Shown here: positions 11,872 to 22,299 of the stretch, piece by piece
Numbering within the stretch: the first letter of the stretch is position 1
Layout: each line of letters opens with the position of its first letter
Assembly (NCBI RefSeq): GCF_964213995.1
Contig: NW_027590731.1
Coordinates: 124,001 to 188,000 of the forward strand
From: Mustelus asterias
Lineage: Eukaryota
Reading direction: 5' to 3'
Length of the DNA stretch: 64,000 bases
Notes under the pieces: generated by a model
What the model saw: only the letters and a program-made list of their open reading frames with translations
The model's database searches: none
Told to the model about the DNA's origin: nothing
Translations under genes and position numbers: made by a program

Positions 11872-12047
11872 GTCTCACAGCACCAGGTTAAAGTCCAACA
11901 GATTTATTTGGTAGCACGTGACTCACGTCATGAAAGGGCAGTGCTCCGAAAGCTTGTGCTGCCAAATAAACCTTTTGGACTTTAACCTGGTGTTGTGAGA
12001 TTACTTACTGTGCCTATCCCAGTCCAACGCCGGCAACTCCACATCAT
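11872..12047. repeat. Head-to-head Penelope terminal repeat fragments (hairpin)
   Basis: ctcacagcaccaggttaaagtccaaca..tttatttggtagcac / gtgctgccaaataaacc..ttggactttaacctggtgttgtgag; same sequence as 3' end of PLE at 19200-19320. Confidence 0.8.
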
Positions 12048-12312
12048 TACTGCCCTGAACTCATCAATGCTACCAGCAGAACCTATTGATGCCGTATCTG
12101 GTATTGCAAGTGAACAGAATCAATGGAGTAGAATTGGGTCACATGACCCATTGAGCCTCCTCCACCACTGAATCGAGGCAGATCCACAGCCTCAACCCCA
12201 ATTTCCAAGTTTATCCCGATAGCCCTTCATTCACTTAGATTCTAGCAACTTTCCACCTCAACCTTCAATGTCTTCATGAATTGAAAATCCACAGACCTCT
12301 GTGCAGCTCCAG

Positions 12313-12602
12313 AATTGATGCAAGATGGCACCCGAGCGAGGCAACCTCTTGCAAGCTGTGCCCAGCATACCTTCTAACTCTATCTTTTACTCTCGTTCTC
12401 TGCTTCTAAAACTTCATTCTAACTCTTTTAAACTCTCTCACAATGCTTCAATTCAATTTCTTACATCCCAGCTATGACTGTAACACTACACTCTGCACTC
12501 TCTCGTTTCCTTCTCTATGAACGGTATGCTTTGTCTGTACAGCGCGCAAGAAACAATACTTTTTATTGTATGCTAACATATGTGACAATAATAAGTCAAA
12601 TA
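12313..12602 (+). mobile_element. Short non-autonomous Rex/Babar derivative
   Basis: caagatggc-type 5' end joined to a 3' end matching the reverse complement of 44350-44475. Confidence 0.6.
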
Positions 12603-12849
12603 ATTCCAAAGACTCACAAGCCTTTGAGTGAAGAAATATCTCCATACCTCAGTGATAAATGGCTGAAACATTAACCAGAAAATGTAAGCCCAGAGTACCT
12701 TACTGAGGCACTTTTGCCAATGTCGAACCGGAACATCACTCATTTGCCATGGCTAATCCATCCAGCCTGCATCAGCTGCACCGTGAGTGTGACAGTGGAA
12801 GCAGAAAAGCAACAGTATGCCAGCGGCGACTTTGCTGAGGGTATTTTTT

Positions 12850-13810
12850 TCAATAAATGGTGAAGAACAAATTAACATTGTGTCTGCTCCAATCCAGTTC
12901 ATATGCAACAGCGATCAAGAATCGGGGAAAATTCAAAAAAATATTAATTTCGATAATGTTTCGATCTTATTTTGAATCGGGGAGCTCATCGTATATGAAA
13001 TGAACATGTTAACTCCTACAATCCAGGAACTCTGCTCATGACCAATGTGACCGGCCGAGAATATCAAACAGTGCAGTCTGATTGCAATTTAAATCCTTGT
13101 TTTCTTGAATTATAAGTCGTTTGCCAACCTTAGCCATGTGGCAGAGTCATTGATCTAACATCAGTTTCAGAAAATAACATTTGTCCCGAATTTTATCTCT
13201 GTCTCCATGAATGCAGTTGCAGAATATTATTCAAGCATTGGGGAAGTGTAAATGCCACATGGCTGTGAGATAATGTGATTCCTTAATATTTAATAACACT
13301 TAGAGATGGGACAGCTGCTTTGAAAAGGTTTTATCAGTTTTTTTGAACACAAGGATCAGTATACTTCAGGAACACAGGTGACACATCGAAGTATTTAGAA
13401 TTTGATGCGTGTCCACAGATTCTGCCAAACCTGCTGAGAATTTCCACCATCTAATGCTTGTATTATAAATACAGGTTTTATCAGGACGTAAAACACACCG
13501 CAAGACGGCAACGATAAATGAAATAGTCCCACAAGCTGTTCACGTGTAACTTTCAATTTCCAAAACCCACCAACCTCATCATTGCTGATCCTGTGAAACG
13601 TACCTTGTCAAACACGGCAGGCATTCATCTCTCAAAGAAGTGAAACGCCTCAAATGTGAACTATCTGCTCTCAATCTCAGGACTTTGCAATTATAAAAGC
13701 AGCATTCTGGTGAAAGTTTAACTCAGTCCTCATTCCACTGATCTTTGCCGACTTGCTGTGTATTTCCCTCATTGAAAACATTTCAGGTTGGGACAGACAG
13801 CTTCCTGATC
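12850..13810. repeat. Segmental duplication, inverted paralog of 27765-28735
   Basis: Long co-linear reverse-complement similarity (ORFs 13677-13859 minus and 27726-27974 plus share SQPEM.SMREIHSKSAKISG); contains a tRNA-Val relic. Confidence 0.9.
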
Positions 13811-14286
13811 TATCTGAGAAAGAAGAGGAATGGGCAAGAAAATGGAAACCCAAGATCAAACATGGGTTAAAGTTTCGAGTTCAGTTATTGAGTTTAACAA
13901 TATTTGAAATATATAAATTGTTACAAATAATATGTTGGAGATATATGTTCAATAAACTAACGTCGGCTAACAGTAGAGGCAGAAACACACGATAAGTTTT
14001 TTTTTAGTGTCGCCCAAGGACTCAGTGACACTCAAAAACCGAGAGACAATGAAAGCAATCAAGGACTCTATCAAACGGCCCTTTTCCATGTTAGGAGAAG
14101 GGATTAACCATTACACCACAACAACACTGTGGGGTAAAATAATAAAATATACATGTTTAGATTTCTGAACGATGCCATAATTTGGTCTTTCTGTGTCAGG
14201 TTTGGTGAAAATTGAATTGGCGTCGAACTTGCAGCCAACACGCTGTCACCCTGATTTAGGATGCCATGTAAGCTTGGGATGCGTCA

Positions 14287-14303
14287 GTCTCTGTGGCGCA
14301 ATT

Positions 14304-14336
<33 letters not shown>

Positions 14337-14360
14337 ATGGTTCAAGACCATCCAGGGACG
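14287..14360 (+). tRNA. tRNA-Asn(GTT)
   Basis: GTCTCTGTGGCGCAATTGGTTAGCGCGTTCGGCTGTTAACCGAAAGGTTGATGGTTCAAGACCATCCAGGGACG; compensated T-stem GATGG/CCATC; T8 terminator at 14370-14377. Confidence 0.92.
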
Positions 14361-14545
14361 GGGTTTCACTTTTTTTTCCTCTCCATCTGCTTTAGACCAT
14401 AAGACCATAAGACATAGGAGCGGAAGTAAGGCCATTCGGCCCATCGAGTCCACTCCACCATTCAATCATGGTTGATTTCAACTCCATTTACCCGCTCTCT
14501 CCCCATAGCCCTTAATTCCTCGAGAAATCAAGAATTTATCAATTT

Positions 14546-14712
14546 GCGTCTTCAAGACAGAAATTGATAAATTCTTGATTTCTCGAGGAATTAAGGGCTA
14601 TGGGGAGAGAGCGGGTAAATGGAGTTGAAATCAACCATGATTGAATGGTGGAGTGGACTCGATGGGCCGAATGGCCTTACTTCCGCTCCTATGTCTTATG
14701 GTCTTATGGTCT
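14546..14712 (+). mobile_element. Young 5'-truncated CR1 3' end (mirrored at 14394-14545)
   Basis: Reads identical to 61354-61520; (gtcttatg)n tail. Confidence 0.92.
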
Positions 14713-14745
14713 AAAGCAGATGGAGAGGAAAAAAAAGTGAAACCC

Positions 14746-14769
14746 CGTCCCTGGATGGTCTTGAACCAT

Positions 14770-14802
<33 letters not shown>

Positions 14803-14819
14803 AATTGCGCCACAGAGAC
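14746..14819 (-). tRNA. tRNA-Asn(GTT), mirror copy (probably the ancestral one)
   Basis: Exact reverse complement of 14287-14360; its flank continues into sequence paralogous to 50850-51160. Confidence 0.92.
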
Positions 14820-15228
14820 TGACGCATCCCAAGCTTACATGGCATCCTAAATCAGGGTGACAGCGTGTTGGCTGCAAGTTCGACGCCAATTCAATTTTCA
14901 CCAAACCTGACACAGAAAGACCAAATTATGGCATCGTTCAGAAATCTAAACATGTATATTTTATTATTTTACCCCACAGTGTTGTTGTGGTGTAATGGTT
15001 AATCCCTTCTCCTAACATGGAAAAGGGCCGTTTGATAGAGTCCTTGATAGATAGTTTGATAGAGTCAGACTGTTCCCACTGACTGGGCTCAGTAACAGAG
15101 GACTCGGATTGAAGATCATGAAATATTTGCATTTATATAGAACCTATCCCGACAAGCGGACGTCACAAAGCACTTTCCAGTCAATGAAGGGCAGTTTTAA
15201 TTGAAAAAAAAATCAATTAAGCGCGAAA

Positions 15229-15299
15229 GCAGTCTTTCGACTTGAATGCAGAAACGTCGTGACCTGTAGTCAAATGCTCCATTCCTAAGCTATATTCCC
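15229..15299 (-). pseudogene. tRNA-Cys relic
   Basis: GGGAATATAGCTTAGGAATGGAGCATTTGACTACAGGTCA..., paralog of 28772 and 50703. Confidence 0.6.
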
Positions 15300-16416
15300 T
15301 TAATGCCAAGCTTCCGTTTTGTCGGTCGTTAGTCCTCTGTCTCGCGTGGTCTATACTTATGTTTGCTCCTCTGTGTGCGTCACTGTGCTTACGTACCCCA
15401 AGGGTGTGAATGCGTTTTTTTTAACCATCACAAACTCTATTCACTTACTTTATAAATCGTATTGGTAAATGTACAGAAGATGGCAAAAGGCTGAAAGTTG
15501 CGAGATGAAATTGACCTTTTCTGTGATTTGTGAGTGAAGGGTGCTTATTGAATGAGTTCCCGTCTGTTCCATTGTGCAAGATGATTAAAAGTTTTCTTTG
15601 ATCAACATTTAAACAGACAGCGGATTCACTCGGTGTGATGGTGGTCCCAGTTCTATATCTGCGATCACAGCACCAGTTCATGTCACTTACTGTAAACCCA
15701 ATATTTCTAATAGGTTTGACGTCCCAATATTTCTAATACGTTGGATGTTTTATCTAATTTACTTCATTTTATATTTCATTATTTTCATCTCAGATCTATT
15801 TCCACCAGAGGTAAGTCTCTCTTTCAAAATGTTCTGTTCAGGTTGAACATAAGTTAGTCCTTCATCCAGTGGCAACAACGATTACTTTTCGCTGCCGTAT
15901 AAAAGCGGCAATGAGGTGAAGTAGTCACACAAGCTGCTCATGTGTTCCTCTCAATTTCCAAAATCCACCAACCTCATCACTGCAGCTCCTGTGTAATCAC
16001 TGTACAGTACACCCACCGGCTCCCTATTACCCACAGGACACGCGACTGCTTCAAAGATCTTGTGAATGGTCTCATGCTGCGGTGCAAACATTCTGTGATA
16101 CTCTGCTTTCCTCACTCTCAGGCCATGGGATACACAGTACTTGTTCATTTATCTCTCCTGAATTGAGCCTTATCAGAGCCCTTTCCTGTTGTTATTCTTT
16201 CTCGCTCCTGGATTTCACTTGTTTAAAACTTCCTACATCTCCAACCTTTACCAGTTGAAAAGAAAAGTGATGCAGGTATAAGAGGAGATTCCTTTCCCTG
16301 TGTGCACATGCTGCCTGGCTTCCTGAGTTTTTCCAGCGCTCCCCCTTCCACTGCAGTTGTCAGATCAGATTTGTAAGGCAATATAATATCTGTATTTGAG
16401 GCGACCTTACAGCAGT

Positions 16417-16506
16417 GGCTCGTTGGTCTAGGGGTATGATCCTCGCTTTGGGTGTTATGATTTGCAAGTTTGCGAGAGGCCCTGGGTTCAACTCCCAAAT
16501 GAGTCC
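16417..16506 (+). pseudogene. Intron-containing tRNA-Pro(TGG), decaying copy (intron 16453-16470)
   Basis: GGCTCGTTGGTCTAGGGGTATGATCCTCGCTTTGGG[TGTTATGATTTGCAAGTT]TGCGAGAGGCCCTGGGTTCAACTCCCAAATGAGTCC; T-stem and acceptor substitutions. Confidence 0.85.
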
Positions 16507-17224
16507 CGTCGTTGTTCGCAGTGGCGAAGTCTTGCTCATTTCTTTGCCGTGGACAGGGCAGGATGAGTTTTCTCACGGTTTGGTTTGGGAAACTGCCTCT
16601 CAAGTAATTCGAGATGTTTTCAAAAGTTGACTATGCTTTTCAACATTCTCTTTGTCCCTAGTCAACGGTTCAAGGACCCAATCCTTGTGGGCTCCGGCCG
16701 CTGGCTTTGTCGACATTGTTATTCATTCATTGGATGTGGCTGACTCCCCCACTATCTGTCACTTTGTTTCTGTGTATCGACGTCAGTCCCTTTCACTGTC
16801 TCAGTCTCTCTTTGTGCCTCTATAAACTTTCCATACTTTGCTCTTATTTCCCTCTGTTCTCGCGCTGTTTGTGGAACCAAGATTCACTGGATTGATTGTT
16901 GTGATGAGGCAGTTGCCCTTGGAGGAGAGATTCATTGCTGTTGCCTTGTTCTCCCTGGGGTTTGGGATAATGAAAAGTAATCTCATTGAAAAGTCTGGAA
17001 CGGCGAGACTGTTTGACAGTGTACATGCTGCGAGATTGTTTCCACCGCCCCTCTTCCCTCCACGCCCCCTCCCCCCCCCCCCCCCGCAACACCCCGTCCG
17101 ACCCCCACCCCCACTCCTCCCCCGCCTCTTGCTGGAGTCTAGAGTGCTTTGAACTGGGCTCACATTATCCGGATGGTGTGTCAACCATTTCGGACTGAGT
17201 TGAGGAGACAATTCCGCACTCAGA

Positions 17225-19322
17225 GGCCATCGTCATACTGAACAGAACGGATTACTGCAAAGAAGTGTACCGACAACTGAAAAACGAGGAACACTACAGA
17301 CAGTTACCCACAGATCCGACCAAAGAACACACCCGTCAACTCAGCACTCCGATCAAAACCTTTGATTCGGACCTTCAGAGCACCCTCCGTGCTCTCATCC
17401 CACGTACTCCCCGCGTTGGAGATCACTACTGCCTCCCAAAGATACACAAGGCAAACACACCCGGCCGTCCCATCGTATCGGGCAATGGGACCCTGTGCGA
17501 GAACCTCTCTGGCTATGTCGAGGGTATCCTGAAGCCCATGGTACAAAGAACCCCCAGACACTACGGATTTCCTACGGAAACTCAACACACATGGAACAAT
17601 TGAACTAGGAACACTCCTCGTCACAATGTATGTCTCGGCACTCTACACCAGCATCCCCCACGATGATGGCATTGCTGAAACGGCCTCAGTACTCAACGCC
17701 GACAACTGCCAGTTTCCAGTTGCAATTTTACAACTCATCCGCTTCATCCTGGACCACAATGTCTTCACCTTCAACAACCAGTTCTTCATCCAGAAACACG
17801 GAACAGCCTGGGGACAAAATTCGCACGTCAATATGCCGACATCTTCATGCACATGTTCGACCAAGACGTCTTCAACGCACAGGGCCTTCAATCGATGCTA
17901 TACACTAGATACATCGATGACATTTTCTTCCTTTGGACTCGTGGTGAACAATCACTGAAACAACTATATGATGACATCAACAAGTTCCATCCAACCATCA
18001 GGCTCACCATGGACTACCCTCCGGAATTGGTTGCATTCTCGGACACACGCATCTCCATTAAGGACGCTCGCCTCAGCACCTCACTGTACCGCAAGCTCAC
18101 GAATAACCTCACGATGCTCCACTTCTCCAGCTTCCACCCTAAACACGTTAAAGAAGCCCTCCCCTACGGACAAGCCCTCCGAATACACAGGATCTGCTCG
18201 GATGAGGAGGATCGCAACAGACACCTCCAGACGCTGAAAGAGGCCCTCATAAGAACAGGATATGGCGCTCGACTCATCGATCGACAGTTCCAACGCGCCA
18301 CAGCGAAAAACCGCACCGACCTCCTCAGAAGACAAACATGGGACACGGTGGACAGAGTACCCTTCGTCGTCCAGTACTTCCCCCGAGCGGAGAAGCTACG
18401 GCATCTCCTCCGGAGCCTTCAACATGTCATTGATGAAGACGAACATCTCGCCAAGGCCATCCACACACCCCCACTTCTTGCCTTCAAACAACCACACAAC
18501 CTCAAACAGACTATTGTCCGCAGCAAACTACCCAGCCTTCAGGAGAACAGGGACCATGACATCACACAACCCTGCCACAGCAACCTCTGCAAGACGTGCC
18601 GGATCATCGACACGGATGCCATCATCTCACGTGAGAACACCATCTACCTGATACACGGTACCTACTCTTGCAAGTCGGCCAACGTTGTCTACCTGGAAAG
18701 GCTGTCCCGAGGCACGGTAATTTGGGGAAACCATGCAGACGCTGCGACAATGGATGAATGAACACCGCTCGACAATCACCAGGCAAGACTGTTCTCTTCC
18801 TGTGGGGGAGCACTTCAGCGGTCACGGGCATTCAGCCTCTGATCTCCGGGTAAGCGTTCTCGAAGGCGGCCTTCACGACAGCGCAGAGTCGCTGAAATGG
18901 AGCAGAAATGGATAGCCAAGTTCCGCACACATGAGGACGGACTCAACCGGGATATTGGATTCATGTCACACTTTCGGTAACCCCCACAGCTTGCCTCCTG
19001 GACTTGCAGAATCTCACTGGCTCTCCTGTCTGGAGACAATGCACATTTCTTTAACCTGTGTCTAATGCTCCCTCCACGCACATTGTCTGTATCTTTGAGA
19101 CTTGGCTGGCTGCAAGGATTGGCATTCTAATCAGTATTCTGTAACTTGATTTTCTGTCTCTGTGTGCCTTGTTTGCGAGCAGATATCCACTCCATCTGAC
19201 GAAGGGGCAGCGCTCTGAAAGCTAATGGCATTTGCTACCAAATAAACCTGTTGGACTTTAACCTGGTGTTGTTAAAACTCTTAGTGTGTTTACTTCAGTC
19301 CAACGCCGGCATCACCACATCA
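17225..19322 (+). mobile_element. Penelope-like element, 5'-truncated (RT + GIY-YIG), frameshifted
   Basis: YCLPKIHK..PGRPIVS, SALYTSIPH, RYIDDIFFLW, TSLYRK, CHSNLCKTC..YSCKSANVVYL, TLRQWMNEHR; PLE terminal repeat at 3' end. Confidence 0.93.
17847..18761 (+). CDS. Penelope RT C-terminus, linker and start of GIY-YIG (disrupted ORF fragment)
   Basis: 304-aa ORF with RYIDD and SFHPKHVKEALPYGQALRIHRICSD. Confidence 0.85.
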   Translation: MHMFDQDVFNAQGLQSMLYTRYIDDIFFLWTRGEQSLKQLYDDINKFHPTIRLTMDYPPELVAFSDTRISIKDARLSTSLYRKLTNNLTMLHFSSFHPKHVKEALPYGQALRIHRICSDEEDRNRHLQTLKEALIRTGYGARLIDRQFQRATAKNRTDLLRRQTWDTVDRVPFVVQYFPRAEKLRHLLRSLQHVIDEDEHLAKAIHTPPLLAFKQPHNLKQTIVRSKLPSLQENRDHDITQPCHSNLCKTCRIIDTDAIISRENTIYLIHGTYSCKSANVVYLERLSRGTVIWGNHADAATMDE

Positions 19323-21193
19323 GGTGAAAAAAGGCCAGAGGAACAGCCATCGCTCGATAATATCTTGGGTGACCATCTCCAGAGGCCAGAGCAGCCAGTC
19401 AAAAGAACATTTGCCTCTACAGCAGTTCTCCACCCCTGACAGATTAAAATTCGCTTAAGAAAACTATCTAACAGAAGGATACGGAGTTAGAAAGACCTTA
19501 CAGACACCGCACAATTACTGAAGAACTCCAAAATCTTCTGAATCCATCGAGGCTGTTTGTATAATTTATTTGAGAGTGACTGAAATTCTGTTATTACAGT
19601 TTTGGTAATGAATGTTCACAGTCTTATTCGAACTGCATTTCAGTCGAACCGTACCTTACTTAACATGTTTTACTTGTTTACTTAAAGTTCTTGGTTATTT
19701 GAATAAAATAGCTTGTTAATTATTCACTCAAAGTGAATGACAGGCATTTTTATCATTAATAAGCCTCTGAACGTTAATTAAAAACAGTTAGTAGTTTCAC
19801 AAATAGTTTTTCCAGATTACGAGGTGAGATAAAGGGGATGAGCCTCTGTATCATAACAGTATGGTAATTTACTGAATAACAGCAAGACTGGCAAAGTTTG
19901 GACAATATTTCACTGTTACAGAAGGGCACAAAGTAAATCTATGTCGGGAATATAAGCAGAAACAGGAATAGCGGGAGTCCATTTGGCTCGGGGTGCTCTC
20001 AAACCTCCACACTTTCAATTGGCAGGTAAGTTTCCAGAACAAGTTTACTGCCGAAATAATACAGGAGTTTAAATTCAGGGCTTTCACTGCTTGGATTCAA
20101 TTCAATTCCCTGTCTCGATATTGTGCTAATTGTTGTAACTCACACTCAGTTACTAGTTTTAAAAAAGCCATATTAGACTCAGAACCTTAACTCTCTGTCC
20201 GCTTCACATTTGCTGCAAGACCTGCTGAGAACTTCCAGCACTTTATGTTTTTATTTTAACATGAATTACTGGCTTGATCATACACATGAACACAATAAAT
20301 AGGAGCAGGAGTAGACCACTCGGTCCATCGAGCGTGTTCCCGAAATTCAATACCGCTATGGCTGATCTTGGGCTACAACTCAGTTTTTCACCAGCTCCCC
20401 ATATTCCTGAATTCCCCGAGAGGCCAGAAACCTGTCTATCCCAACCTTAAATGTATTCGATGATGGAGCTTCCATAGCTGTCTGGCATAGAGAATTTCAA
20501 AGATTCACAACCATTTCAGTGAAGTAATTTCGCCTTTTCTTAGGCCGAAATGACCAGCCCATTTTCCTGAGACTGTACTGTCGTGGGTTAGATTTCCCGA
20601 CAAGCAGAAGAAATCTCTCAGCATCCATCCTGTCAAACCCAATCAGTCTTGTGTAGGTTTAACGAAATCGCCTCTCATCCTTCCAAACTCCAGAGACTTT
20701 CAGCCCAATTTACTCAGCCTCTCATCATACGACAACTCCCTCATCCCAGGGATCATCTGCTGAACCTTATCTGCACCGTTTCAAATGCAAACACATCTTT
20801 TATTAAATGTGAATATCATATCTGCACAGAATATTCAACATGTGGTCTCAACAAAACCCTGTGCTACTTCAGCAACACCTCATTATACTTGGACTCCAGT
20901 CTGCCGTCAATAAAGACTAAAATGCAATTTTCCTTCCAATCATTGCCTGCACCGACATGCTAGCTTTATGCATTCCTTGTACAAACGCATCTATTCTATG
21001 CTGAATATCGACACTGACCTTTTTCAGCTCTTCAAATGTGCCCTGCTCTTTCTATTTTTTGACGAAGAAGTAAATACCTATTCGCTTTCCAAAATTGCAC
21101 TCGATCTGCGCCTCCACTCATCAAAGCTCCCTATTTCGTCTCCCAGACTCGATTCCCCTTTCCGACAGCTTCTATTAGCTAAACCTTGCTCAT

Positions 21194-21266
21194 AGGCTCT
21201 AGCGAGAATCGAACTCGCGACTCCTGGTTTACAAGACCAGTGTTCTAACCACTGACCTATAGAGCC
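21194..21266 (-). tRNA. tRNA-Thr(TGT), D-stem mismatch (possibly pseudo)
   Basis: GGCTCTATAGGTCAGTGGTTAGAACACTGGTCTTGTAAACCAGGAGTCGCGAGTTCGATTCTCGCTAGAGCCT. Confidence 0.8.
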
Positions 21267-21610
21267 AAATGCTGCAAGGAGCTTCCAGTAAATGCAGCGT
21301 TATCCGTGGATTGAGGACCAGGATGGGATTTGAGGACGGAGATTTTTCATGAATGTGGAAATGTCTGAGGTGGAGAGCAGGAATTTAAAAGGCAGAAGTT
21401 GAAAGTGACATGATTTGACATGTGTATCTTGTATGTACGTGACATATATGTTGTGTGTGTCATGTGGTTCTTCTTCAGAGTTTATCGTTAATGTTACATC
21501 TCTAATTTTTCCAGCTCTGATACAAGTTCATCCAGCTTGGAGATTTAGCTTGTTGTTCCCTTCACGGACGCTGTTTTTATTAAATGAAGAAATGAACAAA
21601 AATTTATTCA

Positions 21611-21672
21611 CTCCGTGACTGGGAATCGAAACCGCGTCACGGCGCCGACGCTGATCACGAGACCCTCAGTGA
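21611..21672 (-). pseudogene. tRNA-Glu-derived relic lacking anticodon loop
   Basis: 62-nt match to tRNA-Glu with ~10 nt missing at anticodon; paralog of 54801-54862. Confidence 0.6.
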
Positions 21673-22217
21673 CGCTGATGTGACAAATTTGCAGTGAGTT
21701 GATCATCTCTGCTGCCATTGCTTCATTTCCAATAAATTTCAGTAAAAAAAGTCACAATGAGGAATGACGGGAAGTGTACATGACAGGATTTGAACCTCAG
21801 TAAGAAAATCCCAATCCATCCCCTGGGCCGGGACTGCAGTCTCAATGTTTGCAATCCTGCTGTTTATTTCGACAGACAGCCATTCAACCGGTGTTCCCGT
21901 TTGTATTCTCTGTCGGAGCAGCTCCACTCCTCCCAGCTTTGACAAAGGGTCATCTGGACTCGAAATGTCAGCTTTCTTCACTCCTTACAGATGCTGCCAG
22001 ACCTGGTGAGATTTTCCAGCATTTTCTCTTTTTGTTTCCGATTCCAGAATCCACGATAATTTGCTCCACTACTTCCACACTCGTTCCTTTACCTCAAAAA
22101 CTGTTTACATTGGTATGTCGCTCCTCTTTCTTCATGCCAAAACGACACAGCACAAATTCTTGCATTCAATCTGAAATGCTGAACTTCAACTGCAGGGACC
22201 AAAGCTCAAACCCATTC

Positions 22218-22299
22218 TGGCAGTGGCTGCAACCGAACCAGCAACTACCGTAGAGGCTAGACCTTGAGCCCCTGGCTTAAATTACTCGGCTACGTTACC
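22218..22299 (-). pseudogene. tRNA-Leu relic
   Basis: GGTAACGTAGCCGAGT...CACTGCCA, 82 nt; paralog of 35335 and 54186. Confidence 0.55.

Larger units (their letters stand above)
14058..15048. repeat. Long palindrome, 488-bp arms (14058-14545 / 14561-15048), 15-nt spacer
   Basis: Arms read as exact reverse complements; axis at 14553. Confidence 0.97.

Noticed and set aside
15942-17152. Recurrent short ORFs (MFLSISKIHQPHH..., MRQLPLEERF...) that look like a conserved gene family
   Set aside because: Arise from segmental duplication and decayed CR1 fragments; frames and stops are not conserved between copies
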